This document shows, piece after piece, positions 25,511-35,044 of a DNA stretch of 64,000 nt. Origin of the DNA: Pseudomonas phage PhiPA3; sequence record HQ630627.1. The stretch is one strand, 5' to 3'. Each line of letters opens with the position of its first letter. Within the stretch, counting starts at the first letter, position 1. The notes under the pieces were generated by a model that searched no databases, was not told the origin of the DNA, and was given only the letters and a program-made list of their open reading frames with translations. The position numbers were made by a program, and so were the translations under genes.

Positions 25511-26017
25511 ATGGAACTGAAGCTGAAAAAGATGCCGGGTCGTGGACCTTGCATTGAAATGTACGGTCACTGGGTAACGGAGCGGGTACATGAAGTTGTG
25601 TCCCGTATGTTGAACAATAACTGGATGGGCTCTCCGGTCTATCAAGCCAAGCAACTGGCAAAGCCTTTCTTCCAAGGCGGCTTCGATAATCCGAAGGGTC
25701 GATGGATCCTCATCGAATTCTGGAATCATGATATCGATGAGTCCTGTGAATTCATTCGCCTGCTGCAAATCGGCGTCAACGACGTCCTGGGGAAATACGA
25801 ACAGAAGATCATGGTTAACCCGTACAAGATGGGTTACGATAATGGTGGTGGCTCTTATGGTGTTATCCACATGATCCAACAAGAGACCGGATGTCCTGCT
25901 GATTGGGGAGATAGCATGTCACCCATCACGTTCCTTCCGGAAAACAACAACCAGTTCTCGCAGGTCATGAGTCTGTGCGAACTGTTTGAACTGCCGGTAA
26001 CCCCGGTAAACATGTAA
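25511..26017 (+). CDS. hypothetical protein
   Basis: track 25373..26017; ATG 25511 with RBS taaggagctatcaATG. Confidence 0.65.
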   Translation: MELKLKKMPGRGPCIEMYGHWVTERVHEVVSRMLNNNWMGSPVYQAKQLAKPFFQGGFDNPKGRWILIEFWNHDIDESCEFIRLLQIGVNDVLGKYEQKIMVNPYKMGYDNGGGSYGVIHMIQQETGCPADWGDSMSPITFLPENNNQFSQVMSLCELFELPVTPVNM

Positions 26018-26083
26018 CAAAGTACGACCTTGCAAGATCGTTTAGTAAGATAATCCAAAGATTAAATATTAGGAGTTACAACA

Positions 26084-26545
26084 ATGCAAGCTACCACCCA
26101 AGTTATTGAATCCCTGCTGCTCGAAACTTTGGCCAGCAATCGTGATCTGGATATTTCTGAGAACGGTTTGGGGTTCCATGGGTTGTACCATATTTCGCAT
26201 CCGGTTAAGGAAGATCTGGAACTGATCCAAGCCAAAGCTGTTGTCAAGGATATCATGCCTGACCTCCTGGTGTGGGAGCAGCTGGATGAGAAAAACATCC
26301 GTGCTGGTTACATGACCCTGGGTGGTTACCTGGATTCCGTCAAGTTGATGCAAGTCAGCTATGCTTACCTGGCTAATATGACTGATGAGGAAATGGTTCT
26401 CGTCCGTCGTCAGCTTGAGCATATCGACCGTCATCACCGCGTGGCCTGTGCTCAGGCTATGAGTGACAAGCTCTGCCTGTACATCGACGTAAAGGGTACT
26501 CACTACGCCCTCACCATCAACGTCATGAACCTGGCAGTGAACTAA
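26084..26545 (+). CDS. hypothetical protein
   Basis: 153-aa ORF; RBS aggagttacaacaATG. Confidence 0.65.
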   Translation: MQATTQVIESLLLETLASNRDLDISENGLGFHGLYHISHPVKEDLELIQAKAVVKDIMPDLLVWEQLDEKNIRAGYMTLGGYLDSVKLMQVSYAYLANMTDEEMVLVRRQLEHIDRHHRVACAQAMSDKLCLYIDVKGTHYALTINVMNLAVN

Positions 26546-26549
26546 TCCA

Positions 26550-26581
26550 TAGGGAGCCTTCGGGCTCCCTTTTATTTTTTG
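26550..26581 (+). terminator. rho-independent terminator (GGGAGCC-UUCG-GGCUCCC plus UUUUAUUUUUU)
   Basis: same stem sequence as the terminator at 21-58. Confidence 0.75.
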
Positions 26582-26601
26582 TCCAATAGGAAGATATCAA
26601 A

Positions 26602-26913
26602 ATGATACCACTTGAAGAAATGCCGACTCCCGTTGATCTGCATGACCTGATGAGTTCCAACGACGAGCTTGTTTACAACAGTCTACAACGGCGACTTGTA
26701 GATGCCATGAACGTACGTGAGAACTGGAGATTCGCCCAACATGCTTTGGGCGCCTATTTCGAAAAGGATTTCTCTGTCGATAAGACCATGGGTGTCTCCC
26801 CTCTGGTAATACAGAGGTTGCGCAACAACCTTCGTGCGTGTGGCTATGTCAGTATTCACGTTGGTATTCAGGTAGGAAACGGTGACTTGCGTGTGGGGTT
26901 CTTCTGTCCATGA
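26602..26913 (+). CDS. hypothetical protein
   Basis: 103-aa ORF. Confidence 0.55.
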   Translation: MIPLEEMPTPVDLHDLMSSNDELVYNSLQRRLVDAMNVRENWRFAQHALGAYFEKDFSVDKTMGVSPLVIQRLRNNLRACGYVSIHVGIQVGNGDLRVGFFCP

Positions 26914-27332
26914 CCACACAAGAGAAACTCAATTACATCCGGGAATTCTGTCCACGCATGTTGGACGTCGAACTGAACTTCCCTGGTAATGCTCAACTAT
27001 GGCAACTGCTCGGCACGTCATCGATCAAGCATGGCAGTTACGTAGCTTTGGGTGGGGGTGACAGCAGTAAGAAGCCCTATGACGAGGAACTGTGGACTCG
27101 TTGTCTGGAGGTCAACACCTGGGTAGCCGTTATTGCTCGCTTGGTTGAACGGCAACAGAGAAAGTACAGTTGGGAAAATCCGATCAATACCAACAAATCA
27201 ATCATTGCCTGGGCACCATCATTTGATGAAGCAGTTGGCATTCTGTACAACTGGATAAAAGAACACGCTACTGACGAACGCGGTGCAGAATACTCGACAT
27301 CGCTGGAGCGTCGCTTTGTAAAATTCGACTGA
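26910..27332 (+). CDS. hypothetical protein
   Basis: 140-aa ORF, ATGA overlap. Confidence 0.6.
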   Translation: MTTQEKLNYIREFCPRMLDVELNFPGNAQLWQLLGTSSIKHGSYVALGGGDSSKKPYDEELWTRCLEVNTWVAVIARLVERQQRKYSWENPINTNKSIIAWAPSFDEAVGILYNWIKEHATDERGAEYSTSLERRFVKFD

Positions 27333-27342
27333 GGGGAACAAT

Positions 27343-27615
27343 ATGTCAAGGGACATCAAGCTGGTTAAACGTGGGGATAAAGGTTGGGTTGCTGAACTAC
27401 TGGGCACTGACCGGCGTTTCAACTTTGATCTCGATGATCAACAAACTTGGGTATCCCTTGGCATTCACCCCGAGGGCGCAGTTCGTTTCGAATGTGATAT
27501 GCGCGGTAATCTGGAACGTGTAACACTCGTGAACGGTGACGTTGAACTGGATAACCTGATCATTCCTGCCGGTAAGGCTCTGTATAACGCGGTGAACATA
27601 ACAACAGCGATCTAG
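27343..27615 (+). CDS. hypothetical protein
   Basis: 90-aa ORF; RBS gaggggaacaatATG. Confidence 0.55.
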   Translation: MSRDIKLVKRGDKGWVAELLGTDRRFNFDLDDQQTWVSLGIHPEGAVRFECDMRGNLERVTLVNGDVELDNLIIPAGKALYNAVNITTAI

Positions 27616-27624
27616 GAGTAGTAC

Positions 27625-28044
27625 ATGGAAGAAGATAAACTGATTCTGCTTTTTAACTTCCTGATTATCGGGGGCGCATACTTCGCATTTTGGCTCGTCA
27701 TGACCTACATCTCTAAACCGGTGTTGGAGTTTCATGTACGCGCTGTGTATTTGCAGCGACTGCGAGTACGTTGCACCGAACTACGTGGTGGATTCAAACT
27801 ACGGCGTGGTAACAATGGTTTCTATGTTATCATTGGCCTAGACAACAACGTTCGGTATCAACTACCAGGCAATAGCTTCAGGATAGCTCAGCAGAATCCC
27901 GACAACATTATCTTCCAGGTTCAGGCATTCGTTAAGAAAGGGCGTGTAATCAAATACGATTACATCCAGATCTCCAAACACAACGCCTCGCTGGATTGGG
28001 AAAGCCTCCCTATTGGCAATCCTATGCAAGCCGTTTCGGCGTAG
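27625..28044 (+). CDS. membrane protein (N-terminal TM)
   Basis: 139 aa; RBS taggagtagtacATG; LILLFNFLIIGGAYFAFWLVMTYI. Confidence 0.6.
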   Translation: MEEDKLILLFNFLIIGGAYFAFWLVMTYISKPVLEFHVRAVYLQRLRVRCTELRGGFKLRRGNNGFYVIIGLDNNVRYQLPGNSFRIAQQNPDNIIFQVQAFVKKGRVIKYDYIQISKHNASLDWESLPIGNPMQAVSA

Positions 28045-28050
28045 TCAATT

Positions 28051-28503
28051 TTGGAGCAAGTAATGACCGCAGCACGTAAACCGGGTAGTGTACCCGTGTA
28101 CCTTGAAGGTGTTAACGACAAGTTCTTCTTTAAAGACCCGACCAAACCCATGGAGTACGTCATGTACACTGACGGTAGTGGTCGCCACGTGGCTACCGGT
28201 GCAATCGTACCAGGTGTTAAGTTTGATATCTGGGCACTGTGTAAACAAGAGCCGGGTCAGGAACTGCGTAACATCGTGATCGATGCCATTGTGTATCGTG
28301 ATGTTGATGGCTCCATTCAGGAATACAGCCGTGAGCATCAAGCGATCGCTGTGGATCGTCGCAACTGGGAATTCGGCTTCGTGTCGAAGTTGGCCGGTTT
28401 GCGCTGGGGCTTTACGCTTTCGATCACGCCGGAAACTGGTGAGAGCTTTATCCATGTTGATCTGAAGTCTCCTATTCTGGGGATCAAGTTCCACTTCGAA
28501 TGA
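28051..28503 (+). CDS. hypothetical protein
   Basis: 150-aa ORF; RBS ttggagcaagtaATG. Confidence 0.65.
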   Translation: MEQVMTAARKPGSVPVYLEGVNDKFFFKDPTKPMEYVMYTDGSGRHVATGAIVPGVKFDIWALCKQEPGQELRNIVIDAIVYRDVDGSIQEYSREHQAIAVDRRNWEFGFVSKLAGLRWGFTLSITPETGESFIHVDLKSPILGIKFHFE

Positions 28504-28504
28504 C

Positions 28505-28538
28505 GACATAATGCCCTCCTACGGGAGGGCTTATGCCG
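28505..28538 (+). terminator. rho-independent terminator (CAUAAUGCCCUCC-UACG-GGAGGGCUUAUG)
   Basis: extended 13-bp palindromic stem including the GGCATAA/TTATGCC-type flanks. Confidence 0.65.
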
Positions 28539-28558
28539 CAATACAATTATTGTTAGAT

Positions 28559-28567
28559 CTACATTAC
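28559..28567 (+). promoter_or_regulatory. promoter-like element, core CTACATTAC (class A: tgttagatCTACATTACgtctttgcta)
   Basis: downstream 11 nt identical to the copy at 81-89 (ACgtctttgct). Confidence 0.5.
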
Positions 28568-28598
28568 GTCTTTGCTATACGTAATCGCTTGAGGTTTT

Positions 28599-28703
28599 GA
28601 TGTCGAACCAACAATTCAAGAACAGTCCCATCAACTCCATCCTAGACCAGTCTTGGAGGAAGCGTAACGAACAGACCCGTCCCAGTAGTAAGGAGCAAAA
28701 ACA
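28599..28703 (+). CDS. short upstream ORF (34 aa) translationally coupled to 28704 (ATGA overlap)
   Basis: RBS gaggttttgATG; MSNQQFKNSPINSILDQSWRKRNEQTRPSSKEQKQ. Confidence 0.35.
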
Positions 28704-29006
28704 ATGAGCAGTCTTGGTTCGGTAGTGAACGTCGGTATTGACCTGTTCAGTGCCCTGGCTAAATCTGACGTAGTGCGCGGCATGGTTCTACAGGCCGCTC
28801 GTGATGTATTCATCACCCGCACTGATCGTGACAAAGGTTTCAATGAGTATAAATATGCACGTGAGGGCGACGACTTGGAAGTCATCGGTGAAGACACCGA
28901 CAATCCAGACGGCGGTTTCCGTGTGATAAACCGCGACAACTACGACCAGATCGAAACCGTACAGATGAGAGATCTGGAAGATACCTTCAACGAGTATGGG
29001 AAGTAA
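28704..29006 (+). CDS. hypothetical acidic protein
   Basis: 100-aa ORF; RBS agtaaggagcaaaaacaATG. Confidence 0.6.
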   Translation: MSSLGSVVNVGIDLFSALAKSDVVRGMVLQAARDVFITRTDRDKGFNEYKYAREGDDLEVIGEDTDNPDGGFRVINRDNYDQIETVQMRDLEDTFNEYGK

Positions 29007-29219
29007 ACAAGCTGATGAACCAGCCGTACTACCAACGCATTCGTTCTGGCAAGATGAAGGGGTATTGAGGCATGTATTGGAAAGTAACCGCTTTCAACGG
29101 TACCGAGTGGACTTCCCCGGTATCTCAAACATTGATCGAAGCAGTGGAGATGTTCTGTGAACGGAACCAACTCCATATGCAAGACATCAAAATCATTGAA
29201 CGCATTGATTGAGGTAATC

Positions 29220-29417
29220 ATGACTGAAGGTGAAGTCGTCTACGCAAATGGTCAGATCACTGCCAACGTGAATGACAATGGTCGACCGTTGGTTCTAGCG
29301 CAAGACGGGGAACGTCTCCGTATCGTTGCTGAATACCCCGACGGTCAGTTTCAAGTGGAGCCGACTAACGATCCGGGTAATACGTTCTACGCCTCTCGTT
29401 ATCAACTTCGCTACTGA
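29220..29417 (+). CDS. hypothetical small protein
   Basis: track 29157..29417; ATG 29220 with RBS ttgaggtaatcATG (MTEGEVVYANG). Confidence 0.5.
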   Translation: MTEGEVVYANGQITANVNDNGRPLVLAQDGERLRIVAEYPDGQFQVEPTNDPGNTFYASRYQLRY

Positions 29418-29472
29418 TCGAGACTTTTAACTAGCCCGTTCAATGTAGTAGTTAATTGGCGGAACTGTTAAT

Positions 29473-29814
29473 ATGTTTTATGGTGAATCGGACTATCGGA
29501 TGTGGTCATCCACTACTCACGGTAGAGGTAAGCGTAAGGAAATCGTAACAACCGGAGCGTACTGTGTCGTACATGTAGGAACTGGTAAGTTCATTGTAGG
29601 TACGTCAAAGAACGTGTCCACTGAAGTAGATCGCCTGATCGTTGAAATTAAAAGCGGTCGTTCCAAATGGCCCAAGTTCAACAAACTAGTCTCTGGTGAA
29701 CCTGAGAACAGCGATCTGGAATTACTCGAATTTCCAGCTAACATGAAAGATGCTAAAGCGATTGAAGCTCGCATTCGAAAAGCAGTAGTTCCGAGTTGGT
29801 TGTTACTCAATTGA
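29473..29814 (+). CDS. free-standing GIY-YIG nuclease-domain protein (113 aa)
   Basis: GAYCVVHVGTGKFIVGTSKNVSTEVDRLIVEIK matches GIY-x10-YIG..S/T.N...R hallmark spacing. Confidence 0.55.
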   Translation: MFYGESDYRMWSSTTHGRGKRKEIVTTGAYCVVHVGTGKFIVGTSKNVSTEVDRLIVEIKSGRSKWPKFNKLVSGEPENSDLELLEFPANMKDAKAIEARIRKAVVPSWLLLN

Positions 29815-29823
29815 GGTAAGGCT

Positions 29824-30450
29824 ATGTCAGAGATCGATGATACAAAAATCTTCGACTACGCCCACAACGTGGCACGTAATCACAAACGTATTGTTGAAGA
29901 ACTTCGTGCCGAGTTGCAGGATAAAGACTACATCATCTACACCCGTGCCGGAAGCCCCATTGAATTCCCTAAGGTACAGTTTACCATTGGGAGTTTGAAA
30001 GATGATCTACCAGATTTCGTCATGACTGGGGAACTGGCACGGGAAGGCGTGGAAGCGTTCATTAAGCTCTGTCGCGATCATCTGATTAGACGAGTGCCTG
30101 AACACGTAACGCGCCTGTTGATGCATGTAGACGAGATGGTCAAGATCATCAACGAAGAGCTTGCGGCCAATGGTAACGAATTTGATGTTCGTGCTATTGC
30201 TATTGATACGTCGCAGTTCATGTGGGGCGTTGGGATGAACGCTCGGCGTTTCTATGGGGATTACGCCGAAGACGTGAAAGTGATTCAGTTGCAAGTTGCG
30301 CGTGGCGGTGTCTTCCCTGAAGATATTCATTATCCACAAGCACTGTATCCTCAGCCGTTACTGCCGACTAGTGGCTTTGGTAACTATCGTACTCCGATCC
30401 CACAGTGGGTGAAGATGCAGCGACAGTACCAAATTCACCGGTTCAACTGA
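29824..30450 (+). CDS. hypothetical protein
   Basis: 208-aa ORF; RBS gaggtaaggctATG. Confidence 0.65.
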   Translation: MSEIDDTKIFDYAHNVARNHKRIVEELRAELQDKDYIIYTRAGSPIEFPKVQFTIGSLKDDLPDFVMTGELAREGVEAFIKLCRDHLIRRVPEHVTRLLMHVDEMVKIINEELAANGNEFDVRAIAIDTSQFMWGVGMNARRFYGDYAEDVKVIQLQVARGGVFPEDIHYPQALYPQPLLPTSGFGNYRTPIPQWVKMQRQYQIHRFN

Positions 30451-30460
30451 GGTACAGGTT

Positions 30461-30811
30461 ATGTCATGGCAATGGGATTCACGTTGGGCTCTCACGGGTC
30501 GTAACACAATCTATCCGAGTGAGAGCCCGTATTACGTGGCAATCTTTGACGAGGCACAGACTGAGGTCATGTGCTTCGTTCGCACTAAGGGCGAGAAACT
30601 GGGTCACTGGGCTACTGAGCCTGCTGACAACATAGAACTCGTCCGCTGGAAAGATTACCTCCAAGGTTGTAGGGCACTTCCAATGATCGCTAACAATGTC
30701 GATACATTGGAACAGCTCCGCCGTGCTGGATTCCCGTCTGGTACGTACAAATGCACACTCGTGAACCAACGCGATAACGAACGGAGTGTGTCTCAACTGA
30801 TCTACATTTAA
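30461..30811 (+). CDS. hypothetical protein
   Basis: 116-aa ORF; RBS gaggtacaggttATG. Confidence 0.6.
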   Translation: MSWQWDSRWALTGRNTIYPSESPYYVAIFDEAQTEVMCFVRTKGEKLGHWATEPADNIELVRWKDYLQGCRALPMIANNVDTLEQLRRAGFPSGTYKCTLVNQRDNERSVSQLIYI

Positions 30812-30822
30812 AGGACATTACA

Positions 30823-31308
30823 ATGAGCAATCTGGGTATGGTTGTACGTGACAATAAAGTTCTCGTGGCAACCGATGATGTGGCAATGGCTCTGTTCCAA
30901 TACTGGGCTCCCAAAGGTACGATGGAAATCGAATACCAGCGGGTTAACCAGCGTGTGAAATACGTGGTAGTCGCGCAAGGCACGGCTGCGGATCGGGAAA
31001 CGATGCGTCAGTCACTGTCCACATCCCAGGCGCTCAGTCCCTGGCATATCGAAACGATTCTGCGTCAATGCGAAACACTGGGCGTGGAAGTTCGTCTGAT
31101 CGTGGAAGGTGGTGCCCATGTGTTTCAATCCATCCGTGGGGAAATGAAACATGGATTCGTTAAGGATCGTACCATGTTCTTCTCGGGAGACAATGATCAG
31201 AAGCGTAAGGCATTGTACAAGTACGGCGACCAATTCGGCCCTGACCTCAAGCGGGCTGTGCAGGATGACATCGTCCTGGGTCACTTCGACTTCGTTACCG
31301 TGCTGTAA
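30823..31308 (+). CDS. hypothetical protein
   Basis: 161-aa ORF; RBS aaggacattacaATG. Confidence 0.65.
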   Translation: MSNLGMVVRDNKVLVATDDVAMALFQYWAPKGTMEIEYQRVNQRVKYVVVAQGTAADRETMRQSLSTSQALSPWHIETILRQCETLGVEVRLIVEGGAHVFQSIRGEMKHGFVKDRTMFFSGDNDQKRKALYKYGDQFGPDLKRAVQDDIVLGHFDFVTVL

Positions 31309-31309
31309 G

Positions 31310-31345
31310 GCATAATGGCCCTCCCCAACAGGGAGGGCTTTCTAT
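31310..31345 (+). terminator. rho-independent terminator (GGCAUAAUGGCCCUCCCC-AACA-GGGAGGGCUUUC)
   Basis: GC stem after the stop. Confidence 0.6.
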
Positions 31346-31365
31346 AACGTCAAGAGGAAATTACA

Positions 31366-31737
31366 ATGGATAAACGCCCCGATGTAAAGAATACGAGTAT
31401 GTGCTTGGTGCAATACTCGGGTAAGTGCATGATGGATTGGTGGATTAATCGCCGTCTTTGTCAGGAACTGTGTGAAGTCCTGCATGTTAGCCTGAAGCGT
31501 CTGGATACGCTATTTCAGATCGTGGAAGACTCTGACGATGCGCTCTACGACAAGCTTCGGGATGAATTGCTGTTCTTCAGTGGTAGTTACAAGGAACTGA
31601 TGGACCTGCTATTCCGTTATCAGGGTTTGTACAAATCCCGTCACATGGATCTGGCCGTACTGGCCATCGATTCAATCATCGGTATTACCGCTGACATTCA
31701 TTACAAAGATGAATGTTACGGCAGTGAATTTCATTAA
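31366..31737 (+). CDS. hypothetical protein
   Basis: 123-aa ORF; RBS agaggaaattacaATG. Confidence 0.6.
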   Translation: MDKRPDVKNTSMCLVQYSGKCMMDWWINRRLCQELCEVLHVSLKRLDTLFQIVEDSDDALYDKLRDELLFFSGSYKELMDLLFRYQGLYKSRHMDLAVLAIDSIIGITADIHYKDECYGSEFH

Positions 31738-31748
31738 GGAGAAACCAC

Positions 31749-32300
31749 ATGTTTCTTGGCACAGTTTACAGTAAGGATGGGATATTCCTGATCAGCGATG
31801 GGAAAGATACCCTCCAACAGAAAGCCGATCAAAACGTCTGGTTTGATTTCGGTACATCGAAATGCAACCAACGGGTCTTGGTGTGGGATGACCACTACAA
31901 GAACAAGATCCACGGTTTCATGCTCACTGTAAAGGATCCCGGTAAACGGGAGATCCTGCGCAACAAGCTGTACGCCATCAAGGCGTTCAACGAAACGCAC
32001 GATGAGAGCATTATCATCGAGGCACTGAGCGAGCTGAAACAAGACGACGAAGCGGCTGTACTGTTGATCACGGACTACGGTCTGCACCTGTACCAACCCG
32101 CTATCCGTCCTCAAGTCCGTAGGGTACATCTCCCGTACGAACGTCGGGATGGTTGCACTGCATTAGGGGAACTCGACAAGCGCCTGAAAGAAGAGTGCCT
32201 GAATCGTCCGTTGAATGAGTGTATCGGGATGATCAACTACAACCCGGATTTCTTCCTGATTGACGGGATGGTGTTTGAAGGAGCGGACCACTATGAGTAA
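31749..32300 (+). CDS. hypothetical protein
   Basis: 183-aa ORF; RBS aaggagaaaccacATG. Confidence 0.65.
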   Translation: MFLGTVYSKDGIFLISDGKDTLQQKADQNVWFDFGTSKCNQRVLVWDDHYKNKIHGFMLTVKDPGKREILRNKLYAIKAFNETHDESIIIEALSELKQDDEAAVLLITDYGLHLYQPAIRPQVRRVHLPYERRDGCTALGELDKRLKEECLNRPLNECIGMINYNPDFFLIDGMVFEGADHYE

Positions 32301-32727
32301 GGTGGTTCCGTTCATCCCACAGTGGAAACGTGATCAGAACAATTACGATCATCGTTACTCATGGGTCGTGACGCAACATCGTGATTACATGTTCATCGAG
32401 CGGCGAGTGTATTACCGCCGTCGTAAACAGGGGGATATCCAGTTCGATACCATTCAGGTAATCCATCTGGGTAAAGATCGTCACTTCACATTTGTTCAAC
32501 GTGGCAACGATCCAATGCCAGAGTTCTCCATGGCATGGTTGATCGGTGAATTCGATAACGTGAACAAAGCACGTTACAGTGCGTTCTACGCTACCGAAAC
32601 CATCGCTGATCTACAGGCCCTGGCAAAACGACAAAACATCGTCATAGCCACTTGGGCTATCGCCTTCAACAAAGAAGTCGTCATTACACCCGAGCGCCTG
32701 CTCTGGTCTGACGTTCGGCATGAATGA
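32293..32727 (+). CDS. hypothetical protein
   Basis: track 32260..32727; ATGA overlap start at 32293 (MSKVVPFIPQW). Confidence 0.6.
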   Translation: MSKVVPFIPQWKRDQNNYDHRYSWVVTQHRDYMFIERRVYYRRRKQGDIQFDTIQVIHLGKDRHFTFVQRGNDPMPEFSMAWLIGEFDNVNKARYSAFYATETIADLQALAKRQNIVIATWAIAFNKEVVITPERLLWSDVRHE

Positions 32728-32739
32728 AAGGAAATTCCA

Positions 32740-33261
32740 ATGAAACTTGTACCGCTCAACAGCGTCGTTGGTAAATGCGATGGCGTTAGCATCATCCCAC
32801 GTGATGTTCCCAAATTCGCTAAGATCTGGGAAGGTCTGAAAGAACGTGACGTGGTAGTTGCTGAAGATAAGGATGCCATCAGCATCCATCTCCCACGGAA
32901 TCCTTCCGAACAAGAACAGGCTCTGTTCAAAGAAGCCCAAGCGTGGGTTGCTGAAGTCATGAAACCTAGCTTCCTTGACTCGTCGGAAGTTGACGAATAT
33001 GCTCGCTTCATTGCCGATGTCCTCAGTAAAAATACGCGGGCCCTTCTCGAATTGCGTAACAACAATTCATTTGGTCATTACGTGATTGCTGAAGATCACT
33101 TGTGGTATGTCCAGTTTAACCCACACGGGGAGACTGGCAAGATGCATTTCCGCCGTTACATTGGAAGACGTACTTCCATTCCTGAGTACGCTCCGATTTG
33201 GAGCGACGTGGATATGGAATTTAAAGTGGATTACAACTTGAAGGGTCGCCTCGATGGCTAA
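32740..33261 (+). CDS. hypothetical protein
   Basis: 173-aa ORF; RBS aaaggaaattccaATG. Confidence 0.65.
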   Translation: MKLVPLNSVVGKCDGVSIIPRDVPKFAKIWEGLKERDVVVAEDKDAISIHLPRNPSEQEQALFKEAQAWVAEVMKPSFLDSSEVDEYARFIADVLSKNTRALLELRNNNSFGHYVIAEDHLWYVQFNPHGETGKMHFRRYIGRRTSIPEYAPIWSDVDMEFKVDYNLKGRLDG

Positions 33262-33691
33262 ATCTAAAGAACAAAAACGTACTGAAGCTAAGGAACGTAA
33301 CGCCCTTAGTTACATGCGCCATCACATGCCTGAACTGAGCCGTCGGTTACCGGGCGGTGAATACTGGCTCCTCTGTGGTGATCACCTGTATTCGTCTAAG
33401 GATGCTGTTAAAGCCTTAGCACACATGACGCGTATCTGCAACGAGATGGGTATCACTCTGACCGGTTCCAAATCGTACGATACCTTCATGAGTTGGGCTC
33501 CGGAACAGCAGTTTGATTTCCTGTTGCATGGTAATAACCTGAATGACCTACGTGAAGGAATGGCACGTACTTACAACATGCGTTTTGGTACGATGGATGA
33601 CGCCTTCATGGTTGATGAAAGTAAGACTCGCGCCGCTATCCGAGATCTGAAACAACATATCACCGCAACGGTAGGTAAAATCAAAGCATAA
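33254..33691 (+). CDS. hypothetical protein, paralog of 35037..35447 (shared N-terminus M[AP]KSKE.KR.EA.ER...LPGGE.[YW])
   Basis: 145-aa ORF, ATGG overlap. Confidence 0.65.
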   Translation: MAKSKEQKRTEAKERNALSYMRHHMPELSRRLPGGEYWLLCGDHLYSSKDAVKALAHMTRICNEMGITLTGSKSYDTFMSWAPEQQFDFLLHGNNLNDLREGMARTYNMRFGTMDDAFMVDESKTRAAIRDLKQHITATVGKIKA

Positions 33692-33701
33692 GGAATTTGC
33701 A

Positions 33702-34049
33702 ATGACCATTGGGGTAGTGAAGATTCAAACAAAAGAACAAAGACTGAATCAACTGCGTCGGGACTACATGCTCAAGCATTTCCCGAAGTGGGCGATGAAA
33801 GCACCTAAGATGCCTGGCTTCACCAACTGGGATGATTTCATCAAAGCAACGATTGAACTCAATGCTCGCTCGATAGAAGCTCAGGTCAGTCTGTCTGGTC
33901 GTCATTGGCCGGACGATGATTTGGAAACCCTACGTAACCGTCCCATCGGTCGTTTGATCAAACGTGTGCGTGAACGTGGGTATCCGGCTCACTTGATCGC
34001 ATCTTTCGAAAACGAAGCCCTGAAACAGGGTATTCTTCAGGCAGCATAA
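33702..34049 (+). CDS. hypothetical protein
   Basis: 115-aa ORF; RBS aaggaatttgcaATG. Confidence 0.6.
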   Translation: MTIGVVKIQTKEQRLNQLRRDYMLKHFPKWAMKAPKMPGFTNWDDFIKATIELNARSIEAQVSLSGRHWPDDDLETLRNRPIGRLIKRVRERGYPAHLIASFENEALKQGILQAA

Positions 34050-34061
34050 AAGGAAAATATA

Positions 34062-34532
34062 ATGCAACAGAACCATGCCGACGCCATCCGCAGGCTGGCC
34101 GACGAAAAACCCGAACTGTACCAACACTATCTGCGGATTAAGTTCCCCCTCTGGATGTCGTATACCCCTGGTGGGCATAACTACAGTAAGGGTTATACCA
34201 ACATCGATCGTCAGTTGCATCTGATGGCCTGGGCTGCTGAAACTCGTGAACTATGTAAGCTCGCTGAAGAACTCGGCATCCGCATCGACGGAATGCCTTT
34301 CCATCACCAGTACGACAAGTCCGTTGAGCTGCTGATGATCCGCTATTCCCAAGCGGCCAATCTGCGCAAACTCCGTAACTCCTGGAAACAGGTTCTGGAG
34401 GAACTGGGTCTCAACGTCCCTGATTCGGATTGGCGGCGCGCTCGTCAACATCACGATGAATGGGCTGAGGAATGGAAACATTTCCGTAAGACCATCAACC
34501 TCGCCTACGGTCATCTGGTTATCAACAAATAA
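34062..34532 (+). CDS. hypothetical protein, tandem paralog of 34547..35044
   Basis: 156 aa; shares FP.[WY]MSYTPGG..Y, RI DG.P and WRR...[HK]EHD[EW].[ED]EW..FR.T[IV] with the next gene. Confidence 0.65.
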   Translation: MQQNHADAIRRLADEKPELYQHYLRIKFPLWMSYTPGGHNYSKGYTNIDRQLHLMAWAAETRELCKLAEELGIRIDGMPFHHQYDKSVELLMIRYSQAANLRKLRNSWKQVLEELGLNVPDSDWRRARQHHDEWAEEWKHFRKTINLAYGHLVINK

Positions 34533-34546
34533 CAGGAACATACAAA

Positions 34547-35044
34547 ATGAACGAAACCAAATCGCAGAAAATCATGGTCCTCATCCAGAACCCGATGTAC
34601 CGTGTTCTGGTGAAAGAACTCTTCCCGAAATACATGTCCTATACTCCAGGAGGGGATCGCTACGTACGTGGTATGTCCGATGAATATATGTACATCCATG
34701 TGATCTCCTGGGGACAAGTAGCGCAAGAAATTGCTCTGGTTGCCAACCAACTCAACGTTACCGTCGACGGCTTCCCTCGCAGCATCACCAGCGAGGACGA
34801 ACACATGACCAAGTTGATGCAGCGCCACTCCCATGCCGCGTCCCTGCGTGACAGCCGTAACCGTTGGAAGAAGGTCATGAAAGTACCGGCCTTCGACAGT
34901 GATGACTCCCTGTGGCGTCGTTCCGATCAAAAGGAACATGACTGGACGGATGAATGGACTCGCTTCCGCGATACCGTTCATCGCTACCTGAACCAAGATA
35001 CCTATCTGAATACCGAAGGTGTGTTGGAGGAACATCATGCCTAA
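34547..35044 (+). CDS. hypothetical protein, tandem paralog of 34062..34532
   Basis: 165-aa ORF; RBS aacaggaacatacaaaATG. Confidence 0.65.
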   Translation: MNETKSQKIMVLIQNPMYRVLVKELFPKYMSYTPGGDRYVRGMSDEYMYIHVISWGQVAQEIALVANQLNVTVDGFPRSITSEDEHMTKLMQRHSHAASLRDSRNRWKKVMKVPAFDSDDSLWRRSDQKEHDWTDEWTRFRDTVHRYLNQDTYLNTEGVLEEHHA

